Position numbers and translations under genes: made by a program. Shown here piece after piece: positions 28,288-37,690 of a DNA stretch of 64,000 bases (position 1 is its first letter; every line of letters begins with the position of its first letter). The stretch lies in the NCBI GenBank assembly GCA_963744145.1, contig CAVUSO010000001.1:1934831-1998830 (forward strand), in the 5' to 3' direction. This stretch comes from an uncultured cyanobacterium (lineage in GTDB: Bacteria > Cyanobacteriota > Cyanobacteriia > Cyanobacteriales > CAWUOF01). The notes beneath the pieces were generated by a model. That model did no database searches, was not told the DNA's origin, and worked only from the letters and a program-made list of their open reading frames with translations.

Positions 28288-29281
28288 CGGTTTCTCCTGA
28301 TTGTGTCATTAATGTTTTAACGATTTCTTGCCAAGCTAGATCGCAAATTCGACTACGACTATCTTGGGTATTGGTGGCAATGTGAGGAAAAATTAAGCAA
28401 TTATCAAGCTTATGCAGAGGATCATTAACAGGTAGGGGTTCTGGTTCGGTGACATCTAACAGTGCCATCGCGATTAAACCCTTTTCTAAGGCTATATATA
28501 GGTGATCTTGATTACAAATTGCTCCTCTGGCAATATTGATAAAAATTCCCGATCGCTTCATCTTCTCAAATGCTTTTGTGTCAAACATATTTTGGCTAGA
28601 GTTGTTGAGAGAACAGCAGACGATCACAGCATCTGATTCAGTAAGCAGTTGCTCAAAACTGACATATTCAAGTGAATACTGATGTTCTAATTCTGGCTTC
28701 TGATGTGGAGAAAAATAGAGGATACGAGAATTAAATCCCACCAGACGTTTAACGATCGCACTGCCAATCTTACCCATACCAACGATCCCAATTGTCAGTT
28801 GTGATAAAGCAAACCCATCTAAATTCCACAAATAATATGGCGTTACATTATTATCACTTAGTTGGAGATTTTTGTCAATACGTCTAATCCCAATTAATAA
28901 AAGAGCGATCGCGTAATCGGCAATAGCATCTGTGGTTACTCCGGGTACATTAGCAACCTGAACACCATGTTTCTGACAAGCATTGAGATCGACATTTTCG
29001 ATCCCATTACTCATCACTGAAACTATTTTAAGAGTCTCTCCCGCAGCTTGAATTAAGGTGGCATCAATTCGATCTTCATAGGTGCATAAAATAGCATCAT
29101 AGTTGTTTTGAGTAACTTTGCTCAGTAGTTCTTGATAAGTCATCTGACGTTTTTCGGTAAAACAATCAATAGCAAAGTAATCGGGAAATTTTTCTCTTGA
29201 TTGCTGAGGAATCAGAGCAGTTATTAGAATTCGATAATGCACAATATTGGTTTTGGTTTTTACCTGTTCTAAGGGTTTCAT
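28268..29281 (-). CDS. D-isomer-specific 2-hydroxyacid dehydrogenase family (glyoxylate/hydroxypyruvate reductase-like)
   Basis: NAD-binding GIVGMGKIGSAIVKRL. Catalytic region ...FINIARG...HIATNT. Confidence 0.75.
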   Translation of the reverse strand: MKPLEQVKTKTNIVHYRILITALIPQQSREKFPDYFAIDCFTEKRQMTYQELLSKVTQNNYDAILCTYEDRIDATLIQAAGETLKIVSVMSNGIENVDLNACQKHGVQVANVPGVTTDAIADYAIALLLIGIRRIDKNLQLSDNNVTPYYLWNLDGFALSQLTIGIVGMGKIGSAIVKRLVGFNSRILYFSPHQKPELEHQYSLEYVSFEQLLTESDAVIVCCSLNNSSQNMFDTKAFEKMKRSGIFINIARGAICNQDHLYIALEKGLIAMALLDVTEPEPLPVNDPLHKLDNCLIFPHIATNTQDSRSRICDLAWQEIVKTLMTQSGETDVNSSN

Positions 29282-29300
29282 TTGCTGATGTTAGCAATGT

Positions 29301-29879
29301 TTATTTAACTGGGATAAATTGATATTGAGGTTTTGGTTGAGCAAAAATTTGTTTGACTATAGGGACAAAAAAATCTAGGTCGAAAGAGTCATAATTGGGA
29401 TCGAAGCTGTTTTGATCATATTTTTCACAGAAATCTATTGTGGCTTGATAATAGGGAGAATCTCGATATTTTTCTCGGACATCGCGATCGCCTCCCAGAT
29501 AGTGGGCGCAATAATACTTTTGAAACAAGGAGTGATGTTTAACTATCCAATAAGTCTGTTCTGACACATAGGGCTTAAGAATAGCAGCAGCCATTTCTCC
29601 ATGATTGTAAGGAGCTAAGATATCGCCAATATCGTGAAGTAAAGCAGCAGCAATTGTCTCGACGTTTTCACCTTCCCGAGCAGCTCTGGTAGCTGCTTGC
29701 AGAGAATGTTCATAACGAGTTACTTGGTAGCCATCAAAGGAAGTTTTCAATGGTTCTAAAGCTTTTAAAATCCGTTCTGGAACATCTTGTGTTGCTTCAG
29801 CGGCTAAGGCATATAGAAGCACAAAGTCTTCTTTTGTTCCATGTTCCATAGCAGTAAAATTAACTTGGTTCATGCTCAT
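29301..29879 (-). CDS. HD-domain protein (PhnZ/TmpB/MIOX-like mixed-valent diiron oxygenase candidate, or phosphohydrolase)
   Basis: HD motif AALLHDIGD with upstream His (YEHSLQAATRA) and downstream HH (VKHHSLF). About 190 aa, the size of PhnZ-like proteins. Confidence 0.5.
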   Translation of the reverse strand: MSMNQVNFTAMEHGTKEDFVLLYALAAEATQDVPERILKALEPLKTSFDGYQVTRYEHSLQAATRAAREGENVETIAAALLHDIGDILAPYNHGEMAAAILKPYVSEQTYWIVKHHSLFQKYYCAHYLGGDRDVREKYRDSPYYQATIDFCEKYDQNSFDPNYDSFDLDFFVPIVKQIFAQPKPQYQFIPVK

Positions 29880-31273
29880 ACCTCCTGAAAAAAAGGTGTT
29901 AAATTATTCGCTGGAGTTTCGACAAAAGGTAACTTTTGATTCTCGAAGAAATCTTCAACCTTTCCTAACTCACGAATAACTTCAATTTTTCCTTTGCTAT
30001 AAGCTATTTCCGCCGGATAATTATGGAGAGCAAAATTAGTTACGGAGTGATTGAAACCATAAGCTCCACAATTATAAATTACTAGGCGATCGCCTATTTC
30101 TACATCTTGAGGTACTTCCACATCTTCTACCATAATGTCTAAAGGTGTAGGTAGTTTTCCGGCGAGAGTTACTGTTTCGGTATTGAATTTCTCTTTACCC
30201 AAAACATCCATAAATTTGCTGGCTTTTTTCATAGACATAGATATTCTTAACAGTTGATGAATGCCACCATCCAAAATTAAAAACTTTTTGCCTTGGGATT
30301 CTTTGATGTCAAGAATTTCTGCAACATAAGAACCAGATTCGCAGACTAAATAACGACCTAATTCAAAAAAATAGTCGTATCGATAGGGATTATTATCACT
30401 AATATTCTGCATTTGCTTGCCAAATTCTTCAAGATTAAATTCGGCATCAATAGCATTGTAAGGAACACCCATTCCCCCACCGAAATCGACTATAGATATC
30501 AGATAGCCTTGATCTCGCAGACGATTAGCAATTCTAATAGTATTCTGACAAGAAGCAACCAATAGTTGGTAATCAAGAATATTACTTTCGGTAAAAATAT
30601 GAATACCTTTGAGGTTAATATTTGGCAGAGATACAATCTCCCCGATCGCTTCTGAAACTATCTGTTCATCAATCCCAAATTTACTAGCACTTTGGCAAAT
30701 TAATTGGATCGGAGCAGTTGATTCTGTATTCAGAGTACAACTACTACTTCCTTGACTTACTTCACAACTATTACTGGTGCGATATAAGGGATTAATTCTT
30801 ACCAGGATATCTTGAATGATTCCATATTTTGCTGCCAAAGAATTTAAACGACGTGCTTCATTGATAGATTCAACAACAATTAAACGAATGCCTTGTTTCA
30901 AGGCAAATGATAATTCTCGGTTGGTTTTCCCTGGACTTGTAAATACAATCTGTTGGGGAGAAAAACCAGCTTTAATAGCTGCAACTAATTCGCCAATAGA
31001 ACTAATATCTGCTGAAGCTCCCAGCTTAGCTAAATGATGACAAATAGACAAATTACTATTTGCCTTGAGAGTGTAATGAACTCGAAAATGCTCTGGCAAA
31101 AAGGTTGTCAAACTATTAAATTGACGTTCAATTTTGTCAAAGTCATAAAAATATAGTGGAGTTTCATATTGCCCAACTAATCTTTCAATTTTTTGGTGCT
31201 GCCGAGATGTAGATTGTATAAATTCAGTCATCATATTGATTGTTGTTGTAACATTGACCAGTGAACTGAACAT
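29876..31273 (-). CDS. PLP-dependent decarboxylase, Orn/DAP/Arg decarboxylase family 2 (fold-type III, LysA-like)
   Basis: PLP-lysine motif YTLKANSNLSICHHLAKLG. C-terminal beta-barrel motifs (CESGS, GAYGF). Confidence 0.75.
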   Translation of the reverse strand: MFSSLVNVTTTINMMTEFIQSTSRQHQKIERLVGQYETPLYFYDFDKIERQFNSLTTFLPEHFRVHYTLKANSNLSICHHLAKLGASADISSIGELVAAIKAGFSPQQIVFTSPGKTNRELSFALKQGIRLIVVESINEARRLNSLAAKYGIIQDILVRINPLYRTSNSCEVSQGSSSCTLNTESTAPIQLICQSASKFGIDEQIVSEAIGEIVSLPNINLKGIHIFTESNILDYQLLVASCQNTIRIANRLRDQGYLISIVDFGGGMGVPYNAIDAEFNLEEFGKQMQNISDNNPYRYDYFFELGRYLVCESGSYVAEILDIKESQGKKFLILDGGIHQLLRISMSMKKASKFMDVLGKEKFNTETVTLAGKLPTPLDIMVEDVEVPQDVEIGDRLVIYNCGAYGFNHSVTNFALHNYPAEIAYSKGKIEVIRELGKVEDFFENQKLPFVETPANNLTPFFQEV

Positions 31274-31421
31274 TTTGGACCAGGTGGTTTCAACCGCAGG
31301 CAGCTACAAAAACGAAATTTGCCTGTGCAGGTGACAAAACCCTTGATTGGTTAGTCAAGACTGATAATAGAGGAAAAATATAAGAAATATATGAGAAGGA
31401 CAAGATTTCCAATTCTCTTAA

Positions 31422-33215
31422 TCATTCCGCTTCCTGCTGAACGGGTAGCCTGAAATAAAAGGTGCTTCCTGCTCCCAACCCACTCTCTACCCAAATCTGT
31501 CCTTGGTGCTGTTGCACAATACTCTTGCAAATGGCAAGTCCTAACCCCGTTCCTCGCTTCTTTTGGGAATCCTGCACATCCACTTGCTGAAATCGACCAA
31601 AGATGGTTTCGAGTTTATCCGCAGGAATCCCAAGTCCCTGATCCTGAATGGAGAAGAGAATATAGGGTAGTGGGGTATGGATGTTTTCCCTGACTTTCTC
31701 GCTCTCCCAATCCTTCGCTTCGACAACCTCTGCTTTTACCCACACTGTACTATTAGCCGGAGAAAACTTGATGGCATTGCTCAACAGGTTGGTTAATGTT
31801 TGCACGATCGCATCTGGTGCAGCCCATACCGAGACGGTCAGCGGTGTTCAATCCAGATGGATTTTGGCAGCATCGGCGATCGGCTGTATGGTTTCAACTC
31901 CTTGCTGGATCAGATCCGTCACCTCACAAGCTGCCATCTCCAGCGCGGTTGTGCGAGACTCTAACCGCTCCAGATCGAGGATGTGATTAACTAATCGCAC
32001 CAGTCGCTCGCTATTATTGAGGGCGATCGAAATCAGATGGTTAAACTTTTCAGAATTGTTGTGATAGAGCCCTGATTCCAGGATGCCGAGAGAACCGTGA
32101 ATAGCAGTCAGTGGGGTTCGGAGTTCATGACTAACAATGGAGATAAATTCATCTTTCATCTGCTCGATCACATGGCGATCGCTAATGTCTTGAATTTGAG
32201 CAATAAAGTAGATCGGTTCTCCCTGGTGATCTCGGACAAGTGATAAATTCAACAGAGACCAAACCACATAACCTTGTTGATGGAAATACCGCTTCTGTAC
32301 TTGGTAGGTTTGAATTTCACCTGCCAGGACTCTTTGGATTTGCTCTAAATTAATGACCAGATCATCAGGATGGGTAATTGCTTGAAAGGTTTTGGTCAAC
32401 AATTCGGCTTGACTGTAGCCCAGAATTTCTGAAAGCGATCGATTGACGCGAATCAATTGACCTTCAAGTGCTATTAATGCAATACCAATGGGAGCATCTT
32501 CAAAAGCACTGCGGAACCGTTCTTCAGTACGTTGGAGTTCCTGGGTGCGTGCCGCGATCTGGTCCTCTAGCTCTCTGGAATAATCGGTTAAAATTCGCTC
32601 GGCTTCTCGTCGTTTCGTGATGTCTTGAAAGGCATTAATAGCATAGAGAACCTGCTCTACCGGATAAAGTTGATTGGTTCCTGCTTGGTAGATTTGATCG
32701 GCTTGAGACTGTCGTAAAGGCGACAAGTTGAAAATATTTCCTCCTCCTAAAATGGTTTCACCCACTTGATTGAGGAGAATTTGATTTCCAGTGGCATCAA
32801 AGACGCTGATTCCGACTGGAACATTACTCAGGAGCTTCTCAAATCGTCGTTCGCTCTTTTGCAGCGATCAGAACGACGTTTCAATCTGATGCGCCATCCG
32901 TTGAAAAGCGTTCGTTAGACCTGCGACTTCACTGACGACCGAGTTTTCGACTGGATCATCTAACTGTCCGGTGGCGATCGCCACTGCTGCTTGCTGCAAG
33001 CGATAAATCGGTCTGGCAATCCAACCAGCACTCAACATTCCTGTCCCCGCAGCGATGAGTAGAGTCAGCCCACACAAGAGCCATGTTCGCTGGGTATTAG
33101 CCTGAATTTTTGCCATGAAATCGGATTCGGGAATGATCACCACCACCAGCCAATCCAACCCGTATTGATCTTGGTAAGGAGTTACCTGGACAAACTGCCG
33201 CTGGTGGTTACTCAT
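31422..33215 (-). pseudogene. sensor histidine kinase (TM-HAMP-PAS-HisKA-HATPase) interrupted by two in-frame TGA codons
   Basis: Three consecutive same-frame ORFs (33215-32868 HAMP, 32765-31848 PAS+HisKA with SHELRTPLTAI, 31805-31422 HATPase with NLLSNAIKF...GLGL). The first two each end in TGA. No frameshift between them. Confidence 0.65.
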
Positions 33216-33363
33216 CAGCGTCAGTTGTTGGGTTATTTGCAGGGTGCTTCTCCTGTCTCGTTGCTAAAGAAGATAGATTGGAGGGAGGGATTCAGGATGA
33301 TTTATTGCCAAAATTGCTGTTGCAGTTGCTTAAAGTCTTTAAATTGCCACTCCCACCCCTAAA

Positions 33364-33548
33364 GCAGGGCTGTTTCATGCTCGATTCTCAGATAATCGAC
33401 CTAACCCCCCAACCCTCTTCCCTGCGAGGGAAGGGGGAGTAATTCTTATGGTTAAATTGATCGGATTTAATCAGAGTCATTCTGCTCCCCTTTCCTAAAA
33501 GGAAAGGGGTTGGGGGAGAGGTGTTCTGGTAGCATGAAACAGCCCTGC
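33364..33548. repeat. about 185 bp palindromic MITE-like element with 18 bp perfect terminal inverted repeats and internal G/C-rich hairpins
   Basis: gcagggctgtttcatgct ... agcatgaaacagccctgc termini. Internal ccccaaccctcttccctgcgagggaaggggg and ctcccctttcctaaaaggaaaggggttggggg hairpins. Confidence 0.6.
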
Positions 33549-33552
33549 TAAA

Positions 33553-33645
33553 ACAGGGTGAGTAAAGCCAACCCCGATCGATCTATTCTGCTCCGACAAT
33601 TGGTGCAAATCCTTGACGTTGAACATTCTCTGTTACTGTTCGCGG
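33553..33645 (+). repeat. putA 3' end / downstream segment duplicated at 21427-21512
   Basis: About 85 bp near-identical direct repeat. This copy is part of the intact putA gene. Confidence 0.7.
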
Positions 33646-36558
33646 TTCTAAGAATTGCAACAAATAATCAGGACCGCCAGCTTTAGAACCAACTCCCGAT
33701 AACTTAAATCCACCAAAAGGTTGTCGAGATACGATCGCACCAGTAATCCCACGATTGATATATAGATTACCGACTTCAAATTCAGTTTGGGCTTGTTGAA
33801 TATGAGAAGGTGTGCGAGAATATAAACCACCAGTTAAAGCAAAGTTAGTGCTATTCGCGATCGCGATCGCTTCAGCAAAGTCTTTAGCTTTAATTACTGC
33901 TAAAACCGGTCCAAAAATTTCTTCCTGAGCAATCTTAGCGGTGGGTGACACATTGGTAAAAACTACCGGTCCAATAAAATAACCTGAATCTGGTGCAGGT
34001 ATTTCTACAGCTAACTCTGCTTCTTGACGACCGATTTCAATATATTCACGAATTTTTTGATGAGCATTAGCATCAATTACCGGACCGACTTGAGTGCTAG
34101 GTAACTCAGCAGCACCAATATTTAGCGATCGGGTAGCTTCTACTAAACGTTGCACAAAAGTATCATAGATTGATTCTAACACAATCACCCGTGAACAAGC
34201 GGAACATTTCTGACCACTATAACCAAATGCGGACTGAACTACTCCTGCAACTGCTTGATCTAAATCAGCACTTTCATCAACAATTATTCCATTCTTACCA
34301 CCCATTTCTGCAATTACTCGTTTCAGATGTTTCTGTCCTGGTTGTAAAATTGCTGCATCTGCATAGATCCGACAACCAACTTCTTGAGAACCAGTAAAAG
34401 TAATCATCTGTACATCAGGATGCTTGACCATATAAGCACCTACACTTGATCCTTTTCCCGGTACAAATTGAAATACTCCCGGAGGAATTCCTGCTGCTAC
34501 TAAAATATCAGCGATTTGAGCAGCAATCACTGAGGAAACTTCTGCTGGTTTGAGTAAGGTACAATTTCCTGCTACTAAAGAAGCTACTGTCATTCCCGTC
34601 GGAATTGCTAAGGGGAAATTCCAAGGAGAGATAATTAAAGAAATCCCACGGGGTTGATAGGTATAGCGATTAGTTTCTCCAGCAACATCATAATTATATC
34701 CTTGTTCTAACCGTTCCATTTCTGCTGCATAATAACGACAGAAATCGATCGCTTCGGAAACTTCCCCATCACATTCACGTAGAGGTTTACCAACTTCTAA
34801 CATCATCCAAGCACATAATTGTGCCCGTCTGGTTTCCATTATATCTCCAGCTTTTCGCAATATTTCCGCTCGTTTTTGGACGGGAGTTTTGCGCCAATTA
34901 TGAAATGCTTTTTTAGCAGCAGTAATTGCAGTTTCCGCTTGTTCGATGGAAATTAATCCAAGTTTACCAATCACTTCACTAGGATGAGAAGGATTAATTG
35001 AATCCACTGTTTGGGCGGTATTTTGGTATTCACCATCAATTAAAGGTAAATAGGTTTTCCCCAATTGCAGACGGATTTCTTGCAAAGCTTGGTGAGCTTT
35101 TTTCCGATTATTTACATCAGCATAATCTGTATCCGCAGCATTAGGAAATACTTGATGTTTTTCGTAAACTGCGTTAGGATCTTTAACAACTGGTGGTGCT
35201 AGTAATTCATCGATCGGACGTTCTTCCAAACTTTGACGCAAAAATGAGCTATTAGCCGTATTTTCTAATAAACGACGAATTAAATAACCCATTCCTGGCA
35301 GTAAATTACCATAAGGAGCATACACCCGCACCCGATGACCACAATCTACTAATCCTTTAGCAATTTTATCACCCATCCCGTATAAAACTTGCATTTCAAA
35401 TCGACGACGGGGGATATTTAGAGTTTCGGCGATCGCCATTGCTTTAGCTTGCGATCGGACATTATGACTAGCGATCGCTCCATAAAGATACTGATGATTT
35501 TCTAATAAAATCTGAGTGAGTTTCTCATAATTAGCATCAGTAGCAACTTTATCATTAAAAACTGGTTGATGCCAATCTTTTTGAGCAGATTTAATGGTTT
35601 CTTGATCCCAATATGCACCTTTAACTAAACGTACAGTTACCGGATTTCCGCGTTCTTTAGCCCAAACAATTAAATCTTGTAAATCTTTTTCTGTATCGCG
35701 CAAATATCCTTGGAGAGTCATTCCAATATCAGTGCGATCGCGAAATTCTGGTTCGAGCAGGATTTGTTTAAGAGTAGCTAGAGTTAAGTCTTTATAGCAA
35801 TATTGTTCCATATCGAAGTGAACTGCTGCTCCGACTGCTTGAGCATGACGTAATAGAATCCGGATGCGATCGCTAACTTTTGCTTGACTTCCCTGATCAT
35901 TGAGGGGATCGAATTGGGAATAAAAGGCAGTTAACTTGACAGATACTTGAACTTGTGGTATAGATTCTCCATCTGCTTGATCAATTACTGGTACAGATGA
36001 CCATTTTTTGGCAGCTTCGGCAAGTTGGGTCATCAAATCTAAGTAGCGATCGAGATAGGATTGTGCTTCCACCTCAGTAATGACAGCTTCCCCTAACAAA
36101 TCAATAGAGAAAGCCATTTTTTCTTTGCGGAGACGTTCAACAGTTTTAATCACAGCGGAAATATTTTCCCCAGCAATATACTTATGTGCTAAGGTTTCAA
36201 CTGCGGTAGCCACAGTCGTAGCAGCGACTTGACCAGGAATAGAATCAGCATGAGCAAAATTGAGTATACCTTTCAAAGCCGAAGGAAGTTCAACTTCTGC
36301 CGTCGTTAGATATTCTTGGAGATGACGGGCAATTTCAGCTTTACTACGCAAAGCAGGTAAACAATCAATAAAACGAAATAGTTGGACCCTTAGTCCTGGA
36401 TTACTCATGGCCCAAGCGAGTAATTTATCATCCCAGCGCATTTGTTCTTGTAATTGTCCGAACAGGGAGCGTTTTTTCTCCTGAGTAGCGGATAAAAGTT
36501 CTTGAGCGATTACTTGAGTTTTAGCTTCGTAGGTGCTATTTGATACTTGTACGACCAC
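33583..36558 (-). CDS. putA: bifunctional proline dehydrogenase / delta-1-pyrroline-5-carboxylate dehydrogenase (PutA, no DNA-binding domain)
   Basis: N-terminal proline dehydrogenase domain. C-terminal aldehyde dehydrogenase motifs EMGGKNGIIVDESADLD and FGYSGQKCSACSR. 991 aa. Confidence 0.85.
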   Translation of the reverse strand: MVVQVSNSTYEAKTQVIAQELLSATQEKKRSLFGQLQEQMRWDDKLLAWAMSNPGLRVQLFRFIDCLPALRSKAEIARHLQEYLTTAEVELPSALKGILNFAHADSIPGQVAATTVATAVETLAHKYIAGENISAVIKTVERLRKEKMAFSIDLLGEAVITEVEAQSYLDRYLDLMTQLAEAAKKWSSVPVIDQADGESIPQVQVSVKLTAFYSQFDPLNDQGSQAKVSDRIRILLRHAQAVGAAVHFDMEQYCYKDLTLATLKQILLEPEFRDRTDIGMTLQGYLRDTEKDLQDLIVWAKERGNPVTVRLVKGAYWDQETIKSAQKDWHQPVFNDKVATDANYEKLTQILLENHQYLYGAIASHNVRSQAKAMAIAETLNIPRRRFEMQVLYGMGDKIAKGLVDCGHRVRVYAPYGNLLPGMGYLIRRLLENTANSSFLRQSLEERPIDELLAPPVVKDPNAVYEKHQVFPNAADTDYADVNNRKKAHQALQEIRLQLGKTYLPLIDGEYQNTAQTVDSINPSHPSEVIGKLGLISIEQAETAITAAKKAFHNWRKTPVQKRAEILRKAGDIMETRRAQLCAWMMLEVGKPLRECDGEVSEAIDFCRYYAAEMERLEQGYNYDVAGETNRYTYQPRGISLIISPWNFPLAIPTGMTVASLVAGNCTLLKPAEVSSVIAAQIADILVAAGIPPGVFQFVPGKGSSVGAYMVKHPDVQMITFTGSQEVGCRIYADAAILQPGQKHLKRVIAEMGGKNGIIVDESADLDQAVAGVVQSAFGYSGQKCSACSRVIVLESIYDTFVQRLVEATRSLNIGAAELPSTQVGPVIDANAHQKIREYIEIGRQEAELAVEIPAPDSGYFIGPVVFTNVSPTAKIAQEEIFGPVLAVIKAKDFAEAIAIANSTNFALTGGLYSRTPSHIQQAQTEFEVGNLYINRGITGAIVSRQPFGGFKLSGVGSKAGGPDYLLQFLEPRTVTENVQRQGFAPIVGAE

Positions 36559-36687
36559 AGTTTTTAGACCCTCGATTGGGCAAGAGGTTGAATAAACCGA
36601 AGTGACCCAATCTCTATGTCACTTCGACTATACTATTTTAAGTGGAGAAAGTAGACTTAAAGGATGAATTTAGCAATTAGGAATTGA

Positions 36688-36810
36688 TGGCTCAAATATC
36701 AAAGGTCATACCGAGGGGTCTTTTCTCAATGATGCCCACAAGGATTTAAAAGCAGATTTTGTGATGGCGAATTCCCCTTTTAATAATAGTGACTGGGCAA
36801 TTATTGGATG
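36688..36810 (+). pseudogene. remnant of an N6-adenine DNA methyltransferase (HsdM-like motif IV region)
   Basis: Short ORF encodes ...[30 protein letters not shown], resembling the DFVLANPPFNxxxW motif IV block of type I/IIG MTases. Truncated on both sides. Confidence 0.35.
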
Positions 36811-36888
36811 AGGAGATTAAAAAGCAGTTGGCTAAGGTTGGTTTCAGTCTTGGTGATTAGTTGGTCAAGTAATGGTTAGGTCGGTTTT

Positions 36889-37116
36889 ATGTTGACTTTG
36901 CAAGAAATTATTAAGTCTATTGATAGTCTGTCTATAAACGATCAGCAATATTTATTTGAGTTTCTGCGTAAAAAGCAGGAACAGCCTAAAGCAAATAATT
37001 TCTGGGCGGGTTTACAAAAATTTAGACAGACAATTCAACGTGAGGGAATTGTTTTTACTGATGAAGATTTTGCGGATTTGCGCGATCGCAGTCCTGGGAG
37101 AGAAATCGATCTATGA
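36889..37116 (+). CDS. type II antitoxin (VapB-like, uncharacterised family)
   Basis: 75 aa ORF immediately upstream of a PIN-domain gene, with 4 nt overlap. Confidence 0.5.
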   Translation: MLTLQEIIKSIDSLSINDQQYLFEFLRKKQEQPKANNFWAGLQKFRQTIQREGIVFTDEDFADLRDRSPGREIDL

Positions 37117-37544
37117 GTTTGAAGTTTTTACTTGATACAAATATCCTCTCAGAACCATCACGTCCTATTCCTAATGCTAATGTTCTAGCCAAATTAGATA
37201 TTCATCAGTCAGAAATTGCTGTCGCTAGTGTGGTTGTGCATGAGCTTTTACATGGTTGCTTGCGTTTACCAGAGTCAAAAAGACGAGAAAATCTTTGGGA
37301 ATATATTAATGAATCAGTTTTAAATTTACCAATTCTAAGTTATGATCTACATACGGCGCAGTGGCACGCGAATGAAAGGGCGAGGTTATCGAAGATTGGT
37401 AAAACTCCTGCATTTGTGGATAGTCAGATTGCGAGTATTGCTTACAGTAATAATTTAATTTTAGTGACTAATAATGTGCCTGATTTTCAGTTTTTCGATA
37501 GTTTAAAGATTGAAAATTGGTTCGTTAGTGGTGAGGATGGCTAA
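37113..37544 (+). CDS. vapC: PIN-domain ribonuclease toxin VapC
   Basis: N-terminal LLDTNIL PIN signature. About 143 aa. Coupled to the upstream small ORF. Confidence 0.75.
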   Translation: MSLKFLLDTNILSEPSRPIPNANVLAKLDIHQSEIAVASVVVHELLHGCLRLPESKRRENLWEYINESVLNLPILSYDLHTAQWHANERARLSKIGKTPAFVDSQIASIAYSNNLILVTNNVPDFQFFDSLKIENWFVSGEDG

Positions 37545-37690
37545 ATTATGGTTGTTTTCAAGTCCGTTATTAGAATTTGCCAAACGCTGTCTGGCATTTT
37601 CGCAGGAAATATAAGCTTTATTTGTCTGACTTGCTTTCGGGCGATTGCTAGTATGTCTAATCAATTTTTGCAAGATCCATCAGGTAATTA

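Noticed and set aside
31422-33215. Selenocysteine or genome-wide TGA recoding as the explanation for in-frame TGAs in the kinase
   Set aside because: Neighbouring genes such as 11279-11998 and 11995-12582 terminate at TGA with properly placed downstream starts. Two Sec residues in a sensor-kinase linker would be unprecedented, and no SECIS-like structure is evident.
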